A DNA stretch of 64,000 bases from Styela clava. Taxonomy: Eukaryota. This document shows positions 1 through 10,910 of the stretch, piece by piece (positions within the stretch are counted from its first letter, which is position 1; every line of letters starts with the position of its first letter). Under the pieces are notes generated by a model that worked only from the letters and a program-made list of their open reading frames with translations, was not told the origin of the DNA and searched no databases. The position numbers and the translations under genes are program-made. The stretch is from positions 24,304,001 to 24,368,000 of the forward strand of contig NC_135250.1 in the NCBI RefSeq assembly GCF_964204865.1. The letters are read 5' to 3'.

Positions 1-199
1 ATTTATTCAAAGTTCCAAGTACAGGTGAAATAAATGCATTTTAAAGCATGTAAATTTATAAAAATTTAGCTCTTTATATTTGCTTGAATTTAACATTTAA
101 GTAAGACTATTATATTCAAATGAATTCTACAATATACATGTTTTATCTCCACTACTGGGTACCCTGATGATTTTCAGAAAATGTGACAGGGTGACCATC

Positions 200-366
200 A
201 AAGAACAGAACCCAGGTCATTTTGAACATACTAAAAAGAACATAACTTTTGTGCAAAGCTTCTAGATACTGAAACTTCCTTGTACAATCATAGATAATAC
301 AGAAGTTCAAGTGTTGAAAAAAATTTGAAAAGTATTTATTGGTTCTATTTTATGGGTCACCCTGTG
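200..366. repeat. Old dispersed repeat, homologous to 30452..30682
   Basis: Shared blocks TCATTT.GAACATA, AACTTT.GTGCAAAGC, GTACAATCATA.ATAA, ending in GGG..ACCCTGT. Confidence 0.55.
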
Positions 367-1644
367 ATGTAACTAGCATTTTAAAAAAGCCTCACACAAG
401 AATATCAATAACTGATAATTCAAACAAAGATATGACAAAAAAATTGCACAATAAAAATTAATGAAATAACAATAAAATTGGTTCAAATCAAAATTTTAAT
501 AACAAACAAAATCTATTTTCATAGAATTCGAACATCTTGCTTTTTAATTGGTAGGCCCACCGAACAGTTTTGAGTGTAATAGCCAAAGGTGCATTTACTG
601 GAAACATACTCAATTTTTTCGGAATATATATGAAAGAATATAATGAACCTTCAAAAAGCAGTATATAAGCAAAAAAATAATAATAATTAAAAGGCTCTTG
701 AAACAAAATTAAACATTATTTTCACAAATAAATGGAGTTCAAAGAAATCTAATGCAATTAACAGGCCTCTTTATGAGTGAAATGCACTGTAGCTGTAAAA
801 GATAGCCAAAAACAAAAAAAATTTACTATACTGAATATGGATTATCACATATAACCCAAATTTGTTTGTCAGATAAATTTTCAAAAGTCAAATCGTAAAT
901 CTATAGAAACTGAATTTGATAATGTACAATTGTTGAGATAAACAAACAGCAGCATAGATGCTTAAAACAACATAATTTTAAAAGAAATTTCCTCTATTTC
1001 AGTTAGACTCAAAATTTGGAATCTTTTCAAATATTCTATTCATTTTGGACATGCTTAATTACCGATAATATGAGTAGCACAGAACGACAAAATAGAGTAT
1101 CCAGAATATGTATAAATATTGTTTACCATAGCTGTGCCCTAGACAGGTGTAGTTTGAAATTAAAAACTGCCATTATGAGCTCAGAATCATAATTTTCATA
1201 CAAAATAAGCCAAATTGATTGCTACGTATCAAGTCTAGGTGGTATTCAGAAAATATGGGAACTATCAGAACCATGCTTATGAAGGACGTTTTATTGGCTT
1301 TGAAATTAGAATTCTATCTGCATAATTTTCAAAAGTATCTATAATTTTTAGGCATCAAAAAATTAGCCAAAAAGGGTCATTATCAATATCGACCAAAGAT
1401 ATAAGCATGTCTTGAGTCTGTGGAATTTGGAACATAATTATAGGAACCATCAAAATTATGCTTATGCAGGACATTTTGAACTCCTTGATATGAATAATTG
1501 ATAATTTTGCTCTCAAATTATTAGCTGGACAATGAACATAGTGGTATAGTATGATTTAGACATACACAATTGTGGAACATATTCAATAACAAACAATTTT
1601 GAAGAGAAGGTCAAAAATATATTATAATATAGTGATGTCAAAAA

Positions 1645-4600
1645 CTATGTAATATCTATATCAAGTTTATTTATCAATTCAAGCATAATATGGTATGGAT
1701 TGTCTGGTTGTGCAACAGCTTTAAAAATCGAATGGAATGAGCGTCTGTCCAGTTCAGCTGATAATTGATTTGTATAAAAATCTTTCGCTGAAATGTAAAA
1801 TTTTTCAAAATTTGCTTCAGATGGTGGAAGGTGCATTTCACTCAATACGATCGGCAGTAAAGAATTGATCCAGTGATTTGTAGACGCACTGACAAAGATG
1901 CAAGTTAAGCACCATATTGCAGTAGATATCGGAGTTCTTTGAGTAAAATTTCCGAGTGATAACATTACCCATTCTGAAACAACAGCGCTTTCGCCTCGGC
2001 TGTGTAATATTTGAAAAACATGATGAAGTAAGGTAGCAATAAGGTCTGGGAAAGGATGGAGACTCGAAACAAATTCACCGATCACTTTATTCATCATATC
2101 TTGAGTAGAAAAGAAACTGTCCAATAATAGCGGCAGAACATGAATCAAAACTATTGACTCTTGAGGAAATCCACATTTAATTTTATCGAAAAGTAAAGTA
2201 ATTCTTTCCATAGACAAAAGCCTTGATTCTATTGTTTCATCCTCTGTGGAGCTTGTTTCCGAAACTCTCATCAATCGAAAATACATGCATGTGATTGTTA
2301 AATTTAACGAAGTTAAAACACGAATAGATGATTCACTAGCTGTGAACTGATCAACGGCTAACTTAGCAATAGCGTCACAATCACTGCCAGACAAACTATA
2401 ACTAGTTATAAGCGTTTCCAGGCTTCGTAATATCGACACGTAAACATCATTCGGAACATAATTTAATTGTGGTGAACCCAGGATACTTATTGCTCCTTGT
2501 ATAAATGTTTTAGTATGAGCAGGTGTCAAAAAATCTTGCCAATTTTTGATGAGAAAAAATCCGACCGACACGACATTGCGTAAAAACTGTTGTGAATAGA
2601 AAACCACACCAGAATTGATGATCTTGAACTTGTCGCACACAAACTTCGATATCAAGCTGACTAAAGGACGAGCATATTCTTTCAACTCACACTCGAGGAT
2701 GTAAAGAGCACCATACAAAGCAAACGTTGGACAAGAAATCAATGTTGATCCTAATGCAGATTCCATCATTCCTTGTAGTATATCGCAAATCTTTTTATTA
2801 ATTCCAAGCACAGCACCGGATTTACACATTCCCAATACAAGATATTGCAGCATAATGTCATCTTCCGGAGGCTGAACTAGCTGCAGCGAATTCAAAGATG
2901 TGAACATCCATTCAAATTGTTGACGCTCTGTGAAAAAATCGGACACAAGAATAAGAGAATGAATGCAATCGCACAAAAACTGACGCGGAAGTCGCATCAC
3001 AAATGAAGGAGCATTCCCAGACTGCTGATTCTGCGGTGACATTGCACTCGCTGAACGGAACCATTCGGAAAAAAGATCGATTAGAAATTGTACGCAAGAG
3101 TGAGCATCGACAGAATTTTGTTCTACTCGTACACGAGGAGGGGAGGGAGTAATGACGTTCATTTCCGTTGCTACATCACTGGCTTCACTGTTCAAATCAT
3201 CACTGGAAGTTACAGCACCAAAATTCTCATCATCACTCGAGAGTTCACTTGTTTCCTCTTCTAGAGGTGAAATATCATGTAACATCCTAAAGGACTTCAC
3301 CGACCTTTGACCTATGCCGTAATAAAGCGGTTTCATCTCTCGTCTTTCAGGATTTGCATACAACCTTGATTTGAAAACATCATTGGGTACTGAAGAGGAT
3401 TCTGCAACTTTCAAGTAGTTTGTCGCAAGTTGAAAAAAATCGAAGGTTTCGTGAAGTTGATCACCAAAAATGACATCTCTAAGAGCACATTCTATAGTAC
3501 ATTGTATAACGTGAAGATCATGGCCTATTTTGGTTTCTGGCAACACAGGAGACGAAACACGAGGAATATTTTGAAAAGCACCTAATGCAGGTTTCCCTCC
3601 ATGCGGTTTCATACAAGTATTCATGACTAGAGCTGTAAGACCACGAATAGTTAAACAACTAATTTGTATGGCGTTTTCATCAAGTGGCGTGGCATTTTGA
3701 CTGCTATCTCCAATAGGTTGAGAAACTAGGACACCCAACAGACTAGTCCATGTCTCTTCAAATTGCATTCTACTGATCCAACCTAGACTGTTAATGCGAC
3801 CAATATAATCCTTTAACATGTCTTTTTCTTGTAAATATTCGCCAGGTGGTACATGTGATAAGCTTTCAATTTCTTTCTCGTTCATATCGTTTTTGAATAG
3901 GAGTTGAGGAACACGTGCAAGATTATTGAAAAAAGGATGGCAGAGCACAAGTTGAACAGCCCGCTTAAATGGGGCATTCAAAACAGCTGGAATAATATCT
4001 AATCCAGAATTTGATATTTTATCAAACAGTCTGCAAGTTTTAACCACAGCGAATATAGGGGTTGATTTATTGTTTAGACAACGATATGGGGATTTTGAAT
4101 CATCAAAATGCTTATTGGCAACTTGAATATTCCCTGCGTATGCTTCATAGAGCAAGTTTAGACAATTCGCAATAGTCAAAGAATAAGATAGATTGTCATT
4201 TGCATAAAACTGCTTCTGAATTTCAGGCTTCTGTTGTAACACTTGTTGCATAAACTCGAGGCAAACTGATTGTGCATCAATTTCAATTTTCATTCCATGA
4301 AGAATGGAACATATTATGAGTTCATGGCATCCAACAGCCAAACGTAACAAATTTTCGCTCAAAGTGTCAAGTTTTTGAAATGGCTGACCCACAATATTCT
4401 TCCAAATGAGACACCTTGTAAACGCTTTGCAAAGAAGAATCATCAGATCTCTGTTTTCTCTCTTCTCAAATACAGAAAACAGTTTTTGCCAGTAAGCTGA
4501 AAGTGCAGGATAATTTTGATCGTCAATCACAAAAGTTGGCTTGTCAAAATCTTTTGCAAAATCTGTAATGGGGGTAGGTGGTAACTGTCGCATAATGCTT

Positions 4601-7600
4601 TCAAGATATTCTATTAAAACTTCTAAGGTTGCATTTAAAAGTGGAGACGTGATATCGTTAGAATATCTTGCGACAGCATCATCTGGTTTCGTAATTTCCG
4701 ATATTGCAAACCTCAAACATTCTTCAAGATAATTCATATTGAATGATTCGATCCGTATTATCTCTAAAATGTCTTCGTAATCTAGAACGTTAATTGCTTC
4801 GACAACATGGTTGGATTTATGACTTCCCTTAGTAAATGAAGAAACAAGAGCTTTATACCATGATTTGTTTACCTCCTGGTCTTGATGTGAGGCAACTATT
4901 TTCGTTGTTTTATTACTAGCATTATCCTGGCCATTTACAAGTATAGCAAAGAGTCTTTTTCCCAAAGCAGCGAGGCGCCCAAGCCTTGAAATAGACTCAC
5001 ATTTGTCAAATTTTGGTTGAAGTGACTTTAGGTGCAAAATGAGTTGTTCTTTCCGTGGGCTATCATGAGCTTGAGTGAGCATCATCTCAACTCTTCCACA
5101 AGCTAGTCGATCACAAAATTCTGAAATTGCCAAAATCGGTGAAAACACGAACCAGTCTTCTGAGAGCAATAGTGACAAAAGACTATCGGATTGGTTGAGG
5201 TGCATACCCCTGAGACAAAACAGTACTCTCTTTTTAAACGACGCCCTGAATTTGGTTCCCGAGGATAATAACGATTTCAATGATTCTATAAAAAGTCCAC
5301 TTGCTGGTGAGCTGCGATGGACAGCGCTTATAAAATCTTGAATCGGTGGCTCATTTTGAAGGCTTATTATTTCTCGAGTATGGTTAACTATAAGCCAGGA
5401 CATTATTTCAACTTCAGACTGGTTTTGACAGATATAATCTGCCAGCATTATGATAGATCCCTGCTGTACCATTCCAGTGTTCAAAGGTGGTACGTACTCT
5501 GCCGTTTCACGACTCTGTTTACTTTTACCGGTCAATTCTCCCCACATCGTAAGATCTGTATATCCGATGCAAGTTAACAGTTGTGACCATAGAACAGTTA
5601 AAATTGGAAATTTGCTCGATAGAAGATTAAAGTTTACACATAATTCCTCAGTAGAGTAGAAATTTTTGTTCTTATCCTCACGAGACAATAACAGCCTTGT
5701 AGAGTGAGTGAGACGCTTGAAAGATCCCGAGCGATAAATATAAGTCACTGTGAGCAAAAACTCACTGAAAAGTTGAGACAAAAGTTCGTATGATTTTTCT
5801 TGTCCGAATAATATGACAGGATTGAATAATTCATCAACCATTCGTTCAGTTGTGAATCCTATTATTTGCAAAAAAGTTGAAGCAATGACCTCTTCAGGCG
5901 GAAGCACATTATCGCCATTTTCAGCAGCCTGTTTTTCATCATTTGCGTGAATTTCATCAATAGATTTCAAAGATCGCAATAGCTGATTAGAAAACATGGA
6001 TGGATCGATTTGCATTTCTTTTACTCGGAGGAGCAAATATTCCTCTTTGAGATGGCACAAAAGTACTCGGAGTAGAGATACAGTCTTCGCTATCCATCTC
6101 TGATGATAAGCCACAGTTCTTAAATCGGAAGGCAACAGGAAAAATATATTTAAAACCAAGTCAATAGGACGCAATGCGGTTGGTGACAAGGCTTCAAATA
6201 GACTGTGCAAATATGCCATGTCAGAATGTTTTGTAATAACTAGTTTCAAGTGTGATATAAGAGGCAAAAGCACATCTGTAACTTGTCGTGAATATTTTTT
6301 CCACTGTTCCGGATTTTCTTTTCTATAATATTGTAGAATTGTTGTCACCATTGATAGAACTTCTGGATATTCAATAATTCTAAAAAGCATGCTTTGTGTT
6401 ACTTCACGTTGAGTATCAAGATCTGACGTATTATCATGTTTCATACCAGCTCGCAAAACAAAAAGATCATGTACAATTGGTTGCAATGCCGGAATTGTAT
6501 GAGTTACAGTATCACATCCACTTGCCATTATGCCATCACACAACTGAATTATTTTCGGCATTGTCATAACGCTTTTTGAATGATGCTTTTCATATGAAAG
6601 GAGAACTAGAAAAAAGAAAACATGCGGAATCAAAATATCTGAATTACGCACTAATCCACCTTCAATTGACTCAAATTGCTTGATTATAAATCCAATAAAA
6701 ATTTGGTCAGAATCAAGTAGGCAGTAATTGACCCGCAATTGCACGAGTTGCGCAAGAAGGTTTAAAACATGCTTCTGTAAATTCACGGAGCTTGTCATCG
6801 TGTAATTTTTTAGTGATTTAATAACAATCGACTCAAAGAGACGAATATAATTCTGAATCGACATTTTATCTCCTTTTGAACGTTTCGCAGTCAAAGTTAG
6901 CTTTTTTTCGACTTTTTTCTTAATGGATCCAAACCAACCTGAACTAGCTTTTTGTGTGTTTTCTTGCTGAAGATAATGGTGGAAAGATGCATTTGCAATT
7001 GCCATTGTAAGATCGTTTAATGGCCTATGAAAAACTTGATGGTAAAAACTAGCTTTGTAATGCTGTTGATCTTTTCCATGAGTCGGTAATGGTTTGAGTT
7101 TGATTTGGTCATCAAGATCAAGCTGGCTAACCAAATTCGTTCCGAAGAGACTTTTCAGAAGTTGTTGGACAGACTGAACAGTCTGTGTGGGTTCTATGGT
7201 GAAAATGGTTCGCAAATACATCAATAAATCTTCAGTGTATTTTTCAATGTCTTCAAATGTCGTGATCTCAAGAATTTGACAGAATACGTCCAAAACTGCT
7301 TGTAATAATATGCAAAATCTATCATTTTCATCTCCATCCAAAGTGGTTTTAAAACTATCATATGCACCGACTAGGAAATCATGAACCTTCATATGAAGTC
7401 TGGAATTGGCAAAATGAAAAGGAGAGTTCTGCTTGGATGGTTTCTCCTTTTCAGCTTCTTCCGTTAAAACAGGAGATTTTCCAGCTGATCCAGTCTTTTT
7501 ATGCATTTTTTGCTCAGTTGTAGAATTAGCATCTTTTACTTCAATTTTGTCTTTTTTCTTCAAAGTGTTTGGTAGCGAAGGGGTATTTTGTAGAGTTTGA

Positions 7601-10506
7601 AGAACACTTTTATTTGGTAATGATGGCACAGCGTCAGAAATAACATGATGAAATATAGATATAAGTTTCAAGATATGATTGAACAACTTCACAGCCAGAA
7701 TCCCAATTTTATGATCTGACAGTGATGAAAGTGCATTCGGACTTTCAGTTGTAGCCGATCCTTTTATGGGTATCAAAGCTTCTTGCTCACCGAGTTTAGG
7801 ATTAGGGCCGATAGTTTGAAAGCTATGATATGCAATACCGGACATGTAGTTCCCTGCTAATAGCAATACATTTGCATGTGTTGTTATCTCAAGCGGAACC
7901 CAGGCAGAATCTAACATAGCTAAAAGCATTGTTATAATACCTGTATGTTGCTGTTGGGTTTCGGGAACATTGGCTTCAACATTTTGCATTTTGTAGAAAT
8001 TACAATCATAAGAAACAGGGTGCTTTGATACAGAGTACTCATTTGAGAGTGTAAGGAGGGCGTGTATACATCCCTGAGTCAAAGGCTTAGAAATTGATCC
8101 CGCTAACAGAGATGTTAATTTGCCGACAATGACAGAAAGATTATGTGATATTAGTGAATTTTCATCAATTTTTTCATAGCCCCTGTAAATTTTTAACAAG
8201 TTTTTTACCGTTCCTTTTTGTGTCGGGTCAATTGAAGCAGGAGAGCCAGCAGAAACACTGAAACTGTTACAAATCACAGCAGCCTCTGATGTTGTCATAT
8301 TGCACGTTAAAGAATCTATAACAAGACCACCATTTGTCACAATCTTTACGAGCATCGCCGCTGACGTTTTACGAACTCTGACATCTCTATCGCCCAAATA
8401 TTCAAAGCACATATCAACTATTTCTTCATAAATTCGATTCAATATCGAAAATACTTCTAATTTCGGAATTTCTTGCGTTGATTCCGAAGCAAATAAAATC
8501 TGTCTAAAATTTATATTTCCCAGTAATTCCATGAGGTCAACTTTAACAAGCCAGTAAGTCGTATCTTTAAGTTCCAAAATGTTCCCCAACAATTTTACTC
8601 CTAGATTGATGAAATCAGACCTTAGCAAAAATCCTATACAGGTTTTCACAGCTTGAATACTAGCTCGTAAACAAACAAGAGATTCGTCTTTTAATCCATC
8701 AGAAAGGAAATCAACAAGATTTTCAAGTAGTATATCATCTCGATTGTTACCTTTAAAATTTTCATGAAGCCACGAAGTGTAATTATTTTGAGACAATATT
8801 AATGACGAAGCAATGTACTGTGAAACTGCCATCACAGTGCAGCCACGTATCTGTGGATCATAAAAAGATTTGAATGATAATATATCTGATACATGACAGT
8901 TTCTATTGTCGTAAACCGACATAAACATTAATTTAGGACGTAGCTTAAAAATCAACCCAATACATGAAATAGTCAAATTCATTGCACTCACACGAACATC
9001 TTTAGTAGATTCTGATCCTATTTTCAAAATTCTCTCACTGAGTATTCGTACAAACATTTGAATTGGATCTGCTTCACAATAAAGATTCTCGAGTTTGTTG
9101 AAATAAATTTCCTCAGATGAATTACAATCCAAACTGTCAAGATTGGCTATTTCCAATTCTGTATTCTGTTCACTATCCACCTCTTCATGTGTTATGTCTG
9201 ATGATGGCTCATTGATAATAGCATCAGGTTTGGCATCATTAGATTGCACAGTAGATATAGGTAGTTCATTCTGGTGTGTTGACACATCCTCGGATGAAAT
9301 ACCAGCTTCATTTAATTTTTCTGTTACACTTGTCATCGTGTCCTCAATTGTATTATTTTCAGAAACTGGTGTCTCTATAGTTTGAGAAGCATTCGTACCA
9401 CTGCTATCAAAATCTCGGTCCTGGTTCGTGGAACTTTGCTTTTTTATTCCTTTCGATTTCAAAAATGTCACTAATGACTTTGAAAAAACTGTTTCTTTGA
9501 TAGGCTTTGCTTCCAGTAACTCCTTTAGTGACGCAGATGGCAACTTCAACAAAATTTGTAAAGTCTCGAGTGAAGCTGTTACAACATTTGCTTCTTTGAA
9601 GCAAGAAAAATGCACACAAAGCTCGAAAATTTGGACAATTATATCATCGAAAACAACGTCAATTTTTGAATCTTTATCTGAACCAAAACTGCCAGTTCTT
9701 CTTGTAATTTTTGTCCCTACAATTGCAAACAGAGGTATCAAATACCGTAATATGATAAGACTTCCTAATATGAAATTGACATCAAAATTTTTTGTTGAAA
9801 ATGATCCAAGTATACTAGAAACAATGTTGAATAACATAACTTGCTTTTTACTTGAGTTGCTCACAACTTCGTAAATACATATCGAAGATGTCCTTCGAAT
9901 CGCTGCAGAGGGGCTCGATAAATTTTTCATCAGTGCGTCTATAAAACTTTGCAATTCTGCTTCCGCGGCAAACGACCCAATTAAAGGAAATATTTTAGAG
10001 ACAGATGCAGATAAACATTCTTGTATGCTTTCGTCATTCCGTTCGCATATTTTTATAAATGGTGGAAGAAGACTAACAACATATGGCCTGCATTTGCTTG
10101 GACGAATCCTGTGTGCCAAACTGGAGAAACGTACAAGCGCAGTTCTCAAACTACGACTTGATCCGTTTCTTTTAATTTCTTTGTAAAACTCAATCAAAAC
10201 TTTCCCAAAATGCAGTTCTTCTGTTCCTTTTATGATTCTATTAATAGATTCCTCAGCTGCGATTCTAACATCAGCCTCAGCATCCTGACAACACAACAAT
10301 AGCATTTCAATAGTCACACCCAATAATCCAGAATATTCATTATTGCCTTTCACAGGACTGGACAGTATGCTTTCCGCCATTGTTTTACAGCATTCCTGTC
10401 TTTCTGCCTTCGTCGGCATGGGAATCTGCTCCTTTTTATTTGCATCTGTTGTCTCTCCGCCATAATACTGTTTTATATTATTCACAGATTTAACAAGTTT
10501 CTCCAT
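1645..10506 (-). CDS. HTT: Huntingtin (HEAT-repeat scaffold protein), full-length 2,953 aa, single uninterrupted ORF
   Basis: N17-like start MEKLVKSVNNIKQ. Diagnostic huntingtin blocks occur in the right order over the whole length: LLLCCQDAEADVRIAAEESINRIIK, YKEIKRNGSSRSLRTALVRFSSLAHRIRPSKCRPY, YWLVKVDL, LRVNYCLLDSDQIFIGF, PKIIQLCDGIMASG, LGWISRMQFEETWTSLLGVL, EWVMLSLGNFTQRTP, ELDRRSF. ATG at 10506-10504 and TAG ending at 1645. Confidence 0.97.
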   Translation of the reverse strand: MEKLVKSVNNIKQYYGGETTDANKKEQIPMPTKAERQECCKTMAESILSSPVKGNNEYSGLLGVTIEMLLLCCQDAEADVRIAAEESINRIIKGTEELHFGKVLIEFYKEIKRNGSSRSLRTALVRFSSLAHRIRPSKCRPYVVSLLPPFIKICERNDESIQECLSASVSKIFPLIGSFAAEAELQSFIDALMKNLSSPSAAIRRTSSICIYEVVSNSSKKQVMLFNIVSSILGSFSTKNFDVNFILGSLIILRYLIPLFAIVGTKITRRTGSFGSDKDSKIDVVFDDIIVQIFELCVHFSCFKEANVVTASLETLQILLKLPSASLKELLEAKPIKETVFSKSLVTFLKSKGIKKQSSTNQDRDFDSSGTNASQTIETPVSENNTIEDTMTSVTEKLNEAGISSEDVSTHQNELPISTVQSNDAKPDAIINEPSSDITHEEVDSEQNTELEIANLDSLDCNSSEEIYFNKLENLYCEADPIQMFVRILSERILKIGSESTKDVRVSAMNLTISCIGLIFKLRPKLMFMSVYDNRNCHVSDILSFKSFYDPQIRGCTVMAVSQYIASSLILSQNNYTSWLHENFKGNNRDDILLENLVDFLSDGLKDESLVCLRASIQAVKTCIGFLLRSDFINLGVKLLGNILELKDTTYWLVKVDLMELLGNINFRQILFASESTQEIPKLEVFSILNRIYEEIVDMCFEYLGDRDVRVRKTSAAMLVKIVTNGGLVIDSLTCNMTTSEAAVICNSFSVSAGSPASIDPTQKGTVKNLLKIYRGYEKIDENSLISHNLSVIVGKLTSLLAGSISKPLTQGCIHALLTLSNEYSVSKHPVSYDCNFYKMQNVEANVPETQQQHTGIITMLLAMLDSAWVPLEITTHANVLLLAGNYMSGIAYHSFQTIGPNPKLGEQEALIPIKGSATTESPNALSSLSDHKIGILAVKLFNHILKLISIFHHVISDAVPSLPNKSVLQTLQNTPSLPNTLKKKDKIEVKDANSTTEQKMHKKTGSAGKSPVLTEEAEKEKPSKQNSPFHFANSRLHMKVHDFLVGAYDSFKTTLDGDENDRFCILLQAVLDVFCQILEITTFEDIEKYTEDLLMYLRTIFTIEPTQTVQSVQQLLKSLFGTNLVSQLDLDDQIKLKPLPTHGKDQQHYKASFYHQVFHRPLNDLTMAIANASFHHYLQQENTQKASSGWFGSIKKKVEKKLTLTAKRSKGDKMSIQNYIRLFESIVIKSLKNYTMTSSVNLQKHVLNLLAQLVQLRVNYCLLDSDQIFIGFIIKQFESIEGGLVRNSDILIPHVFFFLVLLSYEKHHSKSVMTMPKIIQLCDGIMASGCDTVTHTIPALQPIVHDLFVLRAGMKHDNTSDLDTQREVTQSMLFRIIEYPEVLSMVTTILQYYRKENPEQWKKYSRQVTDVLLPLISHLKLVITKHSDMAYLHSLFEALSPTALRPIDLVLNIFFLLPSDLRTVAYHQRWIAKTVSLLRVLLCHLKEEYLLLRVKEMQIDPSMFSNQLLRSLKSIDEIHANDEKQAAENGDNVLPPEEVIASTFLQIIGFTTERMVDELFNPVILFGQEKSYELLSQLFSEFLLTVTYIYRSGSFKRLTHSTRLLLSREDKNKNFYSTEELCVNFNLLSSKFPILTVLWSQLLTCIGYTDLTMWGELTGKSKQSRETAEYVPPLNTGMVQQGSIIMLADYICQNQSEVEIMSWLIVNHTREIISLQNEPPIQDFISAVHRSSPASGLFIESLKSLLSSGTKFRASFKKRVLFCLRGMHLNQSDSLLSLLLSEDWFVFSPILAISEFCDRLACGRVEMMLTQAHDSPRKEQLILHLKSLQPKFDKCESISRLGRLAALGKRLFAILVNGQDNASNKTTKIVASHQDQEVNKSWYKALVSSFTKGSHKSNHVVEAINVLDYEDILEIIRIESFNMNYLEECLRFAISEITKPDDAVARYSNDITSPLLNATLEVLIEYLESIMRQLPPTPITDFAKDFDKPTFVIDDQNYPALSAYWQKLFSVFEKRENRDLMILLCKAFTRCLIWKNIVGQPFQKLDTLSENLLRLAVGCHELIICSILHGMKIEIDAQSVCLEFMQQVLQQKPEIQKQFYANDNLSYSLTIANCLNLLYEAYAGNIQVANKHFDDSKSPYRCLNNKSTPIFAVVKTCRLFDKISNSGLDIIPAVLNAPFKRAVQLVLCHPFFNNLARVPQLLFKNDMNEKEIESLSHVPPGEYLQEKDMLKDYIGRINSLGWISRMQFEETWTSLLGVLVSQPIGDSSQNATPLDENAIQISCLTIRGLTALVMNTCMKPHGGKPALGAFQNIPRVSSPVLPETKIGHDLHVIQCTIECALRDVIFGDQLHETFDFFQLATNYLKVAESSSVPNDVFKSRLYANPERREMKPLYYGIGQRSVKSFRMLHDISPLEEETSELSSDDENFGAVTSSDDLNSEASDVATEMNVITPSPPRVRVEQNSVDAHSCVQFLIDLFSEWFRSASAMSPQNQQSGNAPSFVMRLPRQFLCDCIHSLILVSDFFTERQQFEWMFTSLNSLQLVQPPEDDIMLQYLVLGMCKSGAVLGINKKICDILQGMMESALGSTLISCPTFALYGALYILECELKEYARPLVSLISKFVCDKFKIINSGVVFYSQQFLRNVVSVGFFLIKNWQDFLTPAHTKTFIQGAISILGSPQLNYVPNDVYVSILRSLETLITSYSLSGSDCDAIAKLAVDQFTASESSIRVLTSLNLTITCMYFRLMRVSETSSTEDETIESRLLSMERITLLFDKIKCGFPQESIVLIHVLPLLLDSFFSTQDMMNKVIGEFVSSLHPFPDLIATLLHHVFQILHSRGESAVVSEWVMLSLGNFTQRTPISTAIWCLTCIFVSASTNHWINSLLPIVLSEMHLPPSEANFEKFYISAKDFYTNQLSAELDRRSFHSIFKAVAQPDNPYHIMLELINKLDIDIT

Positions 10507-10797
10507 TTATATAAACTCTTGTAAGAATTCCAGTCACAAAATTACTAGTACCATCTACTTTATTACTTGGAAAATGATAGTTATAAAGAATTACATTGTG
10601 AAACTGAAGAAAAAAATGATTTTATGATAAAGTGTGAAATGAGTTATCCCAGCTAACTGAGAATAGTACGGTACATAATCAAAAACAATGACAAAAGTGT
10701 TCACATAGCGCGATACCGGTACTGTAATACCTTGAAATTTACAAGTCCCGAATTTTAATTTTTGCCTATATTATTACCAGATATTAGGACTGTAGGA

Positions 10798-10910
10798 CAG
10801 GATTTACATATTTCTCCCCGGAGAGAGGAAAGTCGATAAGACAGCTTAACCATTCCATACCCGACATGGAATGGTAGTCGGACGAGTGGCCGTGGTTCGC
10901 CATATGGTTA
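10798..10910. repeat. Dispersed repeat (probable SINE 3' part), copy A
   Basis: GGATTTACATATTTCTCCCCGGAGAGAGGAAAGTCGATAAGACAGCTTA aligns to the reverse complement of 12481..12556. Confidence 0.6.

Noticed and set aside
1-1644. Retrocopy poly(A) tail or target-site duplication downstream of HTT
   Set aside because: No long plus-strand T-run or flanking direct repeat was found, so retroposition is not directly proven.
2912-9874. Short ORFs overlapping HTT (e.g. 5075..5341, 9428..9874)
   Set aside because: Antisense or alternate-frame shadows of a long coding sequence with no recognisable domains.
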